Part shown: positions 7,666-15,265 of the stretch, one piece after another
Layout of the letters: the number at the start of each line of letters is the position of its first letter
Position numbering within the stretch: position 1 is the stretch's first letter
Assembly (NCBI RefSeq): GCF_008065095.1
Contig: NZ_CP042911.1
Span: 1,470,001-1,502,000, forward strand
Length of the DNA stretch: 32,000 nucleotides
DNA from: Gemmata obscuriglobus
Lineage (GTDB): Bacteria > Planctomycetota > Planctomycetia > Gemmatales > Gemmataceae
Reading direction: 5' to 3'
Notes under the pieces: generated by a model
Told to the model about the DNA's origin: nothing
The model's input: only the letters and a program-made list of their open reading frames with translations
The model's database searches: none
Translations under genes and position numbers: made by a program

Positions 7666-8934
7666 TCAAAAGATGCTTATGTTTTTGATGATGTATGTTC
7701 CAGTGGTCCAAATCTTCGCGGCGATAACCCAGATCGCGCACGCCGCACCCGTGACGTAAAGGGTGCCACAAATGACACGTAACGTCGGCGTTTTCCACGC
7801 CAGCGGCCAATAGTGGAGGAGCGATCGCTTAAGCTCGTCGCACCACTTCTCTTGTGAGAATTCCCGTATTCGCGCTGGGCACCAAATGCTGTAGATTGTC
7901 GAAGCAACCGCAAGCAATATCGTTGAGGTGAATAAAAGCAGCGTTTGGGAAGGCAGCGGCAATTCGTGAACATAGTGACTCACCCATACACCCCGCGGGC
8001 TAGGGCTGTCGGCCAGCTTTTTAACCTGCTCATTATGCCAAGCAATGATGTATACGTAAGATGCGACGAAGGCGAATCCGGTCCAAGACGCACTGAACAA
8101 AGGCAGCCGTCCAAACGTCCGAAGTCGCTCCCAGCTACACCACCTTTCCCGCCAATTAATGTCGCAATGATCGAAATATTGTGCATTTGATTCGGGGTGC
8201 GTTTTGTCAAGGTGTAAAGACTGTGGCGCACCCTTAACTCTTGACCAAATGCCGTCGGTCAACTTAGCTTCAAAGAAATTTGCTTTTGAGACATCCGCAC
8301 CAGTCATGACGACATTTTCAAAAATTGTTTGTTGAAGTTTTGCATCAACGAAGTTTGCCCCCGGGATTACCGCAAAGGAGAAACTTGCAGCGACGAGATT
8401 GGCGCTGGCAAAGGATGTCATGTGATTCCCTTGGGCGCCACACCACAACGATTTCGGCAGATGCGCCCCCAAAAACGACGCTCCGTTAATGACTGAGCCT
8501 TCCATGCTAGCTTTTACAAAAACACAGCCTTCAAAATCAGAACCCGTTAAGTTGGCGTCTCTAAAATTGACATCCAGCCCCCCTATTGATGGGGACCCGC
8601 TATAGTGTGCTCGGTCGTTGTCAGCGCTGCGAAATTTTGAACGTTGGAGGTCCGCCTTGGTAAAGATGGCGGCGAAGAGGTGGCAACGATCAAAAATTGC
8701 CCCCCGCAGGTCTGCCCGACTAAATATAGCGCCCACAAGCGTCGATCCGGTAAAATCCGCCTCAGGCAAGATGCTATCGGTGAAATCTACGTGGCTTAAA
8801 TCAAGGTTGGAAAAGTTTGCTTTATTGAGTTGGCAGTGAGTCAAATCTAACCGGTCATCCTCACCTGCCTCCAGACGCCATTTTTTAATTTCTTCATTAC
8901 CCGCTTGCACAATAGCCAGATGCAATTGGTTCAT
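7666..8934 (-). CDS. pentapeptide-repeat protein with a C-terminal 3-helix transmembrane domain
   Basis: N-terminal GNEEIKKWRLEAGEDDRLDLTHCQLNKANFSNLDLSHVDFTDSILPEADFTGSTLVGAIFSRADLRGAIF..., a long run of A(D/N)LXX-type repeats. C-terminal hydrophobic helices. ATG at 8934 preferred over the TTG at 8991. Clearly AT-richer than its neighbours. Confidence 0.85.
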   Translation of the reverse strand: MNQLHLAIVQAGNEEIKKWRLEAGEDDRLDLTHCQLNKANFSNLDLSHVDFTDSILPEADFTGSTLVGAIFSRADLRGAIFDRCHLFAAIFTKADLQRSKFRSADNDRAHYSGSPSIGGLDVNFRDANLTGSDFEGCVFVKASMEGSVINGASFLGAHLPKSLWCGAQGNHMTSFASANLVAASFSFAVIPGANFVDAKLQQTIFENVVMTGADVSKANFFEAKLTDGIWSRVKGAPQSLHLDKTHPESNAQYFDHCDINWRERWCSWERLRTFGRLPLFSASWTGFAFVASYVYIIAWHNEQVKKLADSPSPRGVWVSHYVHELPLPSQTLLLFTSTILLAVASTIYSIWCPARIREFSQEKWCDELKRSLLHYWPLAWKTPTLRVICGTLYVTGAACAIWVIAAKIWTTGTYIIKNISIF

Positions 8935-8993
8935 CACGCACCCAAGTCTTTTTTGGTAAGGCTCACGTAGGAATGGCCTTGCGTTAGGCAACT

Positions 8994-9932
8994 TCAGATC
9001 CCCAGCAACGCCGTGAAGTTCTGAAGTTGAAGGCTCCTGGGCAGTCCCCGGAGAAATACCGGCTCCGCATCGGCTGCGAGCTTGCGCCCTTGCCCGTCCA
9101 GCGGGAATGGCCCATCTTCACCGTAAGGCCCCCTCATTGCTCTCCACGTCACGGGATGCTGTCCGTCAGGCGTGGTAGGTAGCTGGACAAGCTCCATCAT
9201 GCCCGCGTCGAGAACCTCCGGAATCCAAGTTTCGTTTTTGAGCGCCACTTCCACGGCAAACTCAACGAACGCCACGCCGTTTTCGTACTTCGAGCCGGCG
9301 CGGGTGCCGCGCACCTTTGCGCACCACTTAGGAATTCCCCGCCACATGCGGTCGTTAATGGCGTTCTCGAATTTAAGCAACTGCTCCCCGGAAATGTACG
9401 GGATGTTCCGCGTGAGCCGCCACACGGGCCGGGCGACTTCGATTTGTAACCCGGGGTCAAACGGGAGCTTGGCCGAATTGCGCACCGGTGTGAAGTTCGC
9501 CGCGAGGTTCCCGGCCGTGATGACTCGCCACTCGCGCGCAACCTCCGTCGTTGTCTCGAAACTCACCTCCCAGGTAACCGGGCGCAGCAGCGGGTTTTCG
9601 GGGATGTCCGCGGGGGACTGCCCGGCACCTTCTGGGCTGGTGCCGTTCGGGAGCGAAGGGTTGCTGTCGTACTTGATCGATACGAGCCAGTGAAACGGAG
9701 ACTCTTCACTTTGCGCCGCTTCGATCTCGACACACACCGCGAACGGGAACCGTGGGTGCGGTTGCCCCAGGCGGGGGAGCCCCACGAGCGCGGCAGTCCC
9801 GACAACGATTTCCTCATCGTCGAGCGGGTTATCGGTAATCACCTCCCACTGCTCGCGGTAGGTGCGCTGCCGGGTGAAGGTGTCCGTACCACCGCGACCG
9901 GTCCACGTCATGTTTGCGCTGACGACCGACAT
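8994..9932 (-). CDS. hypothetical protein (possible virion/structural protein)
   Basis: 312-aa ORF with good coding appearance, in the late-type gene array. No family recognised by eye. Confidence 0.6.
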   Translation of the reverse strand: MSVVSANMTWTGRGGTDTFTRQRTYREQWEVITDNPLDDEEIVVGTAALVGLPRLGQPHPRFPFAVCVEIEAAQSEESPFHWLVSIKYDSNPSLPNGTSPEGAGQSPADIPENPLLRPVTWEVSFETTTEVAREWRVITAGNLAANFTPVRNSAKLPFDPGLQIEVARPVWRLTRNIPYISGEQLLKFENAINDRMWRGIPKWCAKVRGTRAGSKYENGVAFVEFAVEVALKNETWIPEVLDAGMMELVQLPTTPDGQHPVTWRAMRGPYGEDGPFPLDGQGRKLAADAEPVFLRGLPRSLQLQNFTALLGI

Positions 9933-9962
9933 TCGTGCCCCCCGTATTGCTTGGTTGTTCGA

Positions 9963-10310
9963 TCAGTTAGCGCCATCGAATGCCGCTTGCGCTTCGTCTT
10001 TGGTCGCGAACTCCCGCGCTACGACTTCGCGCAGGGATGCGAGCAGCTTCGGGCTTTGGGAGTTGGGGAAGTCGCAGCACGCGGGCAGCATGCGCTCTGC
10101 GCCGGGGACGCCCGCCGCCTGCGCCTCTTGCAGGAGCAGTTGCGCCCGCTCAGTAGCGCCGATGTACGCGGACCACTTCAATGCGGCGTCGCGCCCGGCT
10201 TGCCGCAGTTCCGCGAGGTATTCGCCCTCGGTCTTCTGTGGTTGTGGTTCCACGTTCCAGCCTCGAAGGGGTTGAGAGAAGGCGCCGCGAACGTCGCGGC
10301 GCCTGACCAC
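9963..10310 (-). CDS. hypothetical protein
   Basis: 115-aa ORF in the same array; start uncertain. Confidence 0.45.
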   Translation of the reverse strand: MVRRRDVRGAFSQPLRGWNVEPQPQKTEGEYLAELRQAGRDAALKWSAYIGATERAQLLLQEAQAAGVPGAERMLPACCDFPNSQSPKLLASLREVVAREFATKDEAQAAFDGAN

Positions 10311-10314
10311 ACTG

Positions 10315-10698
10315 TTAGCTGAGCGAGACGTTGCGGACCGACTTAACCCACCACTTCCCGTTTCGCGCGATCAGGACGATGTTGTCCCCCTTCGCGCCGC
10401 CGAAGGTCGCCAAGTCGGAAGCCGTCCCGCCGTCGTTGAACCCGCTCCCGGCCGCGTTGCTCAGATAGTGGGCCGCGGCCGTCTCGGAGAGGATGGTGAG
10501 TTCCTGCCCGTCGTCGCCGCCGGCCGGGTCGCGGCGCCCGGCGCGCGGGTCCGCGATCGTGAGGGCCGCAGACGTCGCCTTCGTGATGCTCACCGTGCCG
10601 GAACACTGGGTGATTGCGCCGTCCCCGCTCTGCACCGAGTGCCGCGGCTGGAGGTCGCCTTCGAGCATCGTCGTTGCCGTCAAGTTGTTCTGCGGCAT
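10315..10698 (-). CDS. hypothetical small Gly/Ala/Thr-rich protein (possible structural or decoration-like)
   Basis: 127-aa ORF with beta-rich composition. The functional guess is weak. Confidence 0.55.
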   Translation of the reverse strand: MPQNNLTATTMLEGDLQPRHSVQSGDGAITQCSGTVSITKATSAALTIADPRAGRRDPAGGDDGQELTILSETAAAHYLSNAAGSGFNDGGTASDLATFGGAKGDNIVLIARNGKWWVKSVRNVSLS

Positions 10699-10756
10699 GG
10701 GTTCCTTTGGTTGGGGTTGGAAGGCGCCGCGAGGTGCGGCGCCCGTGTGAAGGATC

Positions 10757-11563
10757 TCAGATGCCGTGCAGGTACGGCATGACCACGAGCACCTCTTCGC
10801 GGGTCAAGTGCCCCTCTTGCACGAGGTTGCACACGATGCGGTTTTGCCAGTGGTCTAAGAGGTCGCTGTGGAACGTGGCCGGCGGCGGGTTAAAGCCTCC
10901 TGCGCGGAGTCGATCAGCCGCCCCGCGCTCTTCCCAATCGCATTTGATCAGCGCCAGGAGGGCCAGCGCCTTCGCTCGGCACGCGGGCACCAACTCGCGT
11001 TGCGCAGCTTCCGCCGAGAGCCGACGCACGGCCAGCTCGCGCGCGTCGCGAACCTTCTTGCTCGCGATCTCTTCAGCGCCGGCGAGCCGCCGGACGCGCG
11101 TCCGGAGACGTTCAAGCGTCTCGATGTCCGCGTCGGATTGGCCCGCGGCCAAGAGCTGCACCGCGAGCTTTTCCACGTCCTTCGCCGACGCGCCCGGCTT
11201 CAGCCCTAACGCGGTCTCCAGCGCCGTGATTTCCGCCACCAGCGCGAGGCGCTGTTCCGAGAGCCGGGTTAACCCCGCCTGCGCTTCGACCACCTCCGGC
11301 TCTTTGTTCGGATCGGGCAAGCCCACGATGGCTACGCCCGTGCGGGCCGGGAAGGGTACGGGTGCCGGTAACGAGGCCTTGGAAGCCACGGGCATCGGCT
11401 CCGGCCCCTGCCGCTTGTGCGGCGTCGTGGTGCGCGCCGGCTCGGCGCGTCGCATTCGCTCAGCAACCGCGGCGCCCGACTCGCTTTCGCCCGCGACATC
11501 CCGCGCCATCTGCGCGAGCATGTCGTTCACAACCGCCGCATCCGCCTCAGCTTCGTTCGCCAT
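10757..11563 (-). CDS. hypothetical Ala/Glu/Arg-rich coiled-coil protein (scaffold-like guess)
   Basis: ORF 10757..11602; ATG at 11563 (MANEAEAD). Long helical, low-complexity stretches. Confidence 0.55.
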   Translation of the reverse strand: MANEAEADAAVVNDMLAQMARDVAGESESGAAVAERMRRAEPARTTTPHKRQGPEPMPVASKASLPAPVPFPARTGVAIVGLPDPNKEPEVVEAQAGLTRLSEQRLALVAEITALETALGLKPGASAKDVEKLAVQLLAAGQSDADIETLERLRTRVRRLAGAEEIASKKVRDARELAVRRLSAEAAQRELVPACRAKALALLALIKCDWEERGAADRLRAGGFNPPPATFHSDLLDHWQNRIVCNLVQEGHLTREEVLVVMPYLHGI

Positions 11564-11623
11564 GATCACCTTTCGTTTCGTGATGCCGTTCAGCCCGACC
11601 ACAGCGGCCGGGTGGTTGCCACG

Positions 11624-12082
11624 TCAGCCGCACAGGCAATCGACGTAAAACTCTTCACCGCAGAAGTCGCACAACTCCTCTTTGGCAGGGCGAGCACAGC
11701 GGGGCGAGGTGTTCGCCAGCGCCGCCGCGATACGCTGCTGATCGGCCAACCCGGCGAGCGCCCGGCACTGCGCCGAGATGCGTTCCATGTCGCGGGTCAA
11801 CTGACTCTTCCCGGTCGAAGCGGGCCGCGCGCCCCCGCTTCGCTGGATGTGCGATCGCGCCGAGTCGAGCGGAACCCGCCGGCCCGAACGCAGGTGCAAC
11901 GTCGTGCTCCCCAATCCCAGACCGGGCGAGCGCTGCACCAGCATCAACTGTGTCTCGATCGCTTCCGCCAACTCGATGTCCCCCGCGGCTTCCGCCTCGT
12001 GCGACACCTTCTCCAAGTCCAGCAGCGCGGACGCGATCCCGGCCGTGTTCCCGCGCTGGTGTTCTTTCGATGCGTAGATCAT
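11624..12082 (-). CDS. hypothetical protein with C-terminal Cys cluster
   Basis: 152-aa ORF ending in CDFCGEEFYVDCLCG. Confidence 0.45.
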   Translation of the reverse strand: MIYASKEHQRGNTAGIASALLDLEKVSHEAEAAGDIELAEAIETQLMLVQRSPGLGLGSTTLHLRSGRRVPLDSARSHIQRSGGARPASTGKSQLTRDMERISAQCRALAGLADQQRIAAALANTSPRCARPAKEELCDFCGEEFYVDCLCG

Positions 12083-12099
12083 TCAGCCCCCGTGTGACT

Positions 12100-12324
12100 T
12101 CAGCCCCGAATCTCAACCACCTTGCCGCCTCGCGTCGCACCCAAGCCCGCGCCGTCCCCAAGCAACTCCCGCGGGATGCGCAGTTGCCGCCCGACCCGGT
12201 TCACGACCAGTGCGCCCGACTTGATGAGCCGGCGCACCGTTGATTCCGACACCTGCTTCGCCCGCGCGAATTGCGGAACGGTGAGGTCCGTTGCGCCTTC
12301 GGGCAGAACCGCGTTGGTGAGCAT
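12100..12324 (-). CDS. excisionase-family HTH DNA-binding protein
   Basis: LTVPQFARAKQVSESTVRRLIKSGALVVNRVGRQLRIPRELL matches the excisionase/MerR-like HTH_17 pattern. ATG at 12324. Confidence 0.6.
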   Translation of the reverse strand: MLTNAVLPEGATDLTVPQFARAKQVSESTVRRLIKSGALVVNRVGRQLRIPRELLGDGAGLGATRGGKVVEIRG

Positions 12325-12458
12325 TGGTGAATACCCCTGACCGCTCGTGACGCCCCCTGACGCCCGCAACTGTTCCCCGGGTGCCCGAAACGTCCTGGTG
12401 CGCACGAAAAAACCGCGCGGGGATTCCGCGCGGTCGTGTGGTACTAGGATCGCCGGGT

Positions 12459-12938
12459 TTACAGCATCTCGCCTTCGAGCACTTCGAGCGGTGCGCCGCG
12501 CACGGTCACCGTGGTTGCGAGGTACGCCGGGCTTGCCACCGGCGAGAAGGCCACAAGGTCAACGTCGAGGTGTTCGAGGACGCGCTTACCGCCGACGGTG
12601 AAGGACCGGGACGCGCGCGGATAAAAGCTCACGGACGCGCCCCGCAGGGTCCGGCCCGCGACCAGCTCGCGGACGTAGGCGCCGCCCGCACCCGTGAGCC
12701 GCACGGAGCACCACAGACCGGCCGCATCGGTCCACAGGCGAACGGTCCCGTCCGACGTGTACCCGAGACGGATTTCGCCGTTGTGGAGCAGATCGCACCG
12801 CACGTCACGGCGCCGGCTCAGCGTGCGCTCGAACGCCGACGGTGCGAACCGCTCGAAGCGGCCGTCAGCCAACTCGTATTCGGTGCCCGCATCGCCCGCG
12901 CGATAGAACGGGCACACCAGCCCGAATAGTTCGCCCAT
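12459..12938 (-). CDS. HK97-family phage prohead protease
   Basis: ERFAPSAFERTL...DVRCDLLHNGEIRLG...LWTDAAGLWCSVRL...LRGASVSF...VDLVAFSPVASPAY follows the prohead protease (S78/U35) motif order, with candidate His and Ser. Confidence 0.7.
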   Translation of the reverse strand: MGELFGLVCPFYRAGDAGTEYELADGRFERFAPSAFERTLSRRRDVRCDLLHNGEIRLGYTSDGTVRLWTDAAGLWCSVRLTGAGGAYVRELVAGRTLRGASVSFYPRASRSFTVGGKRVLEHLDVDLVAFSPVASPAYLATTVTVRGAPLEVLEGEML

Positions 12939-12954
12939 GACGCCCTCACGTTGG

Positions 12955-13509
12955 TTACCCGGCCGTCAGCCGCTTCTCACCGTTCCGCCGGGATGGGGTG
13001 ACCAACGGCCCATCATGAAGGAGCTTCGCGGCCTTCGTCAGGTGCACTTGCACCGTGTTCGGCGAGCGGCCCGTGAGCAGTCCAATTTCGCGCATGCTGA
13101 AGCCGTCGGTTAGGTACAAGCGCACGATGAACGCGAGGTCTTCTGGCAGGTCGTCCATCAGCACCGGGCGCACGGGTTTCTCCGTCCGTGCGCACATGCT
13201 CTCGATAGTGCCCTCCGTCGTCGGGTCCGCGGCCCGTGGACGGTTCGCCCGCTTCCGCTTGATCCGGTGCATCTGACGCCACACCCAGCGCCGAACCGCG
13301 GCCTTCGCGAAGTTCTCGAACGTGGTCGCGTCCGTGCAGTTCTTGATGGCCCACATGACCGCGTTGGTCGCCGCGTCCGTAAGCTCGTCCTCAACCTCGG
13401 TTGCACCCTTAGCGCGGTATCGAGCGTGTCCGCACGCCCACTCGTAAACCGCTGCGATCGCGGCATCTGGAACCGCCACCGTTACCTGAACCGTTTCGCT
13501 CACGCCCAT
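12955..13509 (-). CDS. ECF-like sigma-70 family RNA polymerase sigma factor
   Basis: Region-2-like DELTDAATNAVMWAIKNC...FENFAKAAVRRWVWRQMHRIKRKR. Region-4 HTH LPEDLAFIVRLYLTDGFSMREIGLLTGRSPNTVQVHLTKAAKLL. ATG at 13509 preferred; the 295-aa extension runs through non-coding-looking repeats. Confidence 0.7.
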   Translation of the reverse strand: MGVSETVQVTVAVPDAAIAAVYEWACGHARYRAKGATEVEDELTDAATNAVMWAIKNCTDATTFENFAKAAVRRWVWRQMHRIKRKRANRPRAADPTTEGTIESMCARTEKPVRPVLMDDLPEDLAFIVRLYLTDGFSMREIGLLTGRSPNTVQVHLTKAAKLLHDGPLVTPSRRNGEKRLTAG

Positions 13510-13570
13510 TCGCTGCCCTCGCAAAGTGTCTGTCGTTACCACGCCGAGTGGCCGGGGGTGCGTCTCAACA

Positions 13571-13710
13571 CGCATCTGTAAACGGATGCGCACGGACGAA
13601 AACGGATGCGCGCACAAGTGGGCAGATGAAAGCACCCGTGCGCAGGTGAAAACAGATGTACCGTATTCGTATTCGTATTCGGGTGCGTATTCGGGTTCGG
13701 ATTCGTTCTC
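13571..13710. repeat. phased short-motif array plus hexamer tandem repeat upstream of the sigma gene
   Basis: CRGRTG at 13583, 13603, 13623, 13643 and 13653, and inverted at 13573, all on a 10/20-bp register. 12-mer AAACGGATGCGC at 13580 and 13600. GTATTC-type hexamers x7-8 at 13663..13710. Confidence 0.6.
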
Positions 13711-14015
13711 TTGCTCGGAGGTGGCCAAGCCACCAACCGAGCCGGCGGTAGTGCCAGTGCGTGCCATAGCTCGATAGTGTTGCTTTTGAGGGGCGTATTT
13801 GTCGAGGTTCGCAATCTGATTCGTGGCCGCAAGCGGCGCCACTCGCCATTTTGAATTGAAGGGGTCTAAAATCGAAAACGCACCCTTTGCCGCCCGTCTG
13901 CCTATCTGTTCACCCGTTCACGCCCTGGCGCAAGTGCTAGGGCCGTTTCTGACCGTGTGGCGAAGCGTGCGGAGGATCGTGCCGCTGTGGGCGTGGGTTG
14001 ATGGAGGCGGGGGCG

Positions 14016-14053
14016 GTTGCCCCTGCGACAGGCTTCGGCCCCGCAGGGGCAAC
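14016..14053. other. long GC-rich stem-loop (possible terminator) downstream of CDS 14073..14435
   Basis: GTTGCCCCTGCG (14016..14027) pairs with CGCAGGGGCAAC (14042..14053), a 12-bp stem. T-rich tract only on the plus-strand side. Confidence 0.4.
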
Positions 14054-14072
14054 ACTGTCTTTAGTCTCTTCT

Positions 14073-14435
14073 CTACTCTTCTCTGGCGCCACTTTGTGAC
14101 GCTACAGTTACATCACTCGTGGCGCCACCGGTGACAGCCTTCCGAGACGCCTTTCGTTCACGGTAACGCCTCTGGCGCTCCGCGTGCGCGGCTCGCTGAT
14201 CGCCTGTCGGATCTACGTTAAAGTCCTCGAAGAAATGCGGGAAAACAAGGTTCCCGCCACTCTCCACGAGCCACCCGACCGCGATCATAGCCACACCCAT
14301 ACCGGGCATGTCCGCGATGGCGTCAATCACGCTGGCGCCGCACCCACGGATTACTAAGTCGTCACCGTCGCGATTCCCGCTGCGTCTCGCAACACCCCAC
14401 ACCGCCACCAGCGCGCCTACGGTGGCGTTACGCAT
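14073..14435 (-). CDS. hypothetical protein, weakly replisome-organizer-like
   Basis: 120-aa ORF. The C-terminal FFEDFNVDP...AAHAERQRRYRERK resembles the basic tail after the winged helix of phage replisome-organizer N-domains. This is recollection only. Confidence 0.5.
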   Translation of the reverse strand: MRNATVGALVAVWGVARRSGNRDGDDLVIRGCGASVIDAIADMPGMGVAMIAVGWLVESGGNLVFPHFFEDFNVDPTGDQRAAHAERQRRYRERKASRKAVTGGATSDVTVASQSGAREE

Positions 14436-14489
14436 GATGTCACGTGTGACGCTACCGTTGTGTCCGTCGTGACGACACGAGCGCGTCGC

Positions 14490-14540
14490 GAGGTTCCGTA
14501 GGAACCTCTATGTCTTTACTCTGATCTCTGATCTCTGAGG
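14490..14540. repeat. hairpin + (CTGATCT)x2 module, copy 1
   Basis: GAGGTTCC-GTA-GGAACCTC hairpin at 14490..14508, then CTGATCT CTGATCT CTGAGG at 14521..14540. Confidence 0.75.
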
Positions 14541-14572
14541 CTTTGGACATGGTTTGAGGCGACCTTTGCTGC

Positions 14573-15233
14573 ACCTTTGGGGCAACCTTTGGAGAACCTT
14601 TAAAGGTGTCGCCGGGAGTAGACTTTTGCGCCGCCTTCTCGCCAACATCGTTCGGCGGACTGCCCAATTCCGCCCGAGGCGCGTCGGCGCCCCCACCAGA
14701 CACCGAAACCACCCCCGACATGACCTTTGCAGACACCTTTAAAGGTCCGGTCAAAGGTGCCTGCGCAGAACCTTTAAGCCGGGGGCTGCCCCAACCTTTG
14801 GGGCAACCTTTGTCCGCCTTTGGGGGTGTCACCAAAAGCCCCAGTAGGTTCCGAAGGAACCTAATCTGATCTCTGATCTCTGATCTCTGAGGGAATATCC
14901 CCACCCTTAACCACACCCTTAAGGGTGCCCTTAACCGCTGCGCCGGGGGTGGGCTTATCCCTCCCCTTAAGGTCGGGGTTGCCGCCGAGCCGGCCCGCCG
15001 CGCTCGCCTTCGCCCTAAGTCCTTCATCCGCAACCATTCGCCGCGAGTAGATCGCTCCGTTCCCGTCGCGCAAGAACACCCCGGCGCTTTCAAGTTCGTC
15101 GAGAAGGTCAAGAACCACCTCGGACGATTCGCCGCACGCGCGAGCCAACTGCTCCGGGGTAATCGCAGCTTGGGGTTGGGCAGGGGTTGAGCCGCCGGTT
15201 AAGCCAACCCTTAACCCACCCCTTAAGGGTACG
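14573..15233. repeat. dense field of short direct and palindromic repeats (candidate iterons/ori)
   Basis: 19-bp perfect direct repeat ACCTTTGGGGCAACCTTTG at 14573..14591 and 14794..14812. 15-bp inverted pair at 14596..14610 and 14732..14746, containing the ACCTTTAAAGGT palindrome. CACCCTTAAGGGTG palindrome at 14914..14927. CCCTTAAGGG at 15220..15229. Several more CCCTTAA copies. Confidence 0.7.
14845..14893. repeat. hairpin + (CTGATCT)x3 module, copy 2
   Basis: TAGGTTCC-GAA-GGAACCTA hairpin at 14845..14863, then CTGATCT x3 + CTGAGGG at 14866..14893. Confidence 0.75.
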
Positions 15234-15265
15234 ACGTGTTCGAGTCCACCGCGACGCGAGCGTTC

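Larger units (their letters stand above)
14452..15148 (-). pseudogene. putative replication/wHTH protein gene split by a 7-bp repeat copy-number frameshift
   Basis: Frame A (TTG 15148..14861) ends ...GDIPSEIRDQRSD-stop. Frame B continues ...SEIRDQIRFLRNLL... to 14452. Deleting one CTGATCT unit from the x3 array at 14866..14886 joins A to B into one 229-aa ORF. Confidence 0.5.

Noticed and set aside
12955-13842. Full 295-aa version of the sigma-factor ORF, with an N-terminal EYAPEYEYEYG repeat.
   Set aside because: The N-terminal 111 codons run through the hexamer microsatellite and the phased motif array and look non-coding (CARVLSSAHLCAHPFSSVRIRLQ...). The sigma domains start after the ATG at 13509. 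Kept as a possibility in the related finding.
13663-14893. Short tandem and interspersed repeats considered as a possible CRISPR array.
   Set aside because: The units are 6-7 bp microsatellites or 15-19-bp repeats with irregular spacing. There is no 25-40-bp repeat/spacer periodicity and no cas genes.
15228-15252. tRNA T-loop-like string GTGTTCGAGTCCACC just downstream of the integrase stop, initially considered a tRNA-derived att site.
   Set aside because: The flanking bases do not form a T stem and no acceptor or anticodon arms can be folded. The real att core is the 26-bp repeat at 1248 and 16682.
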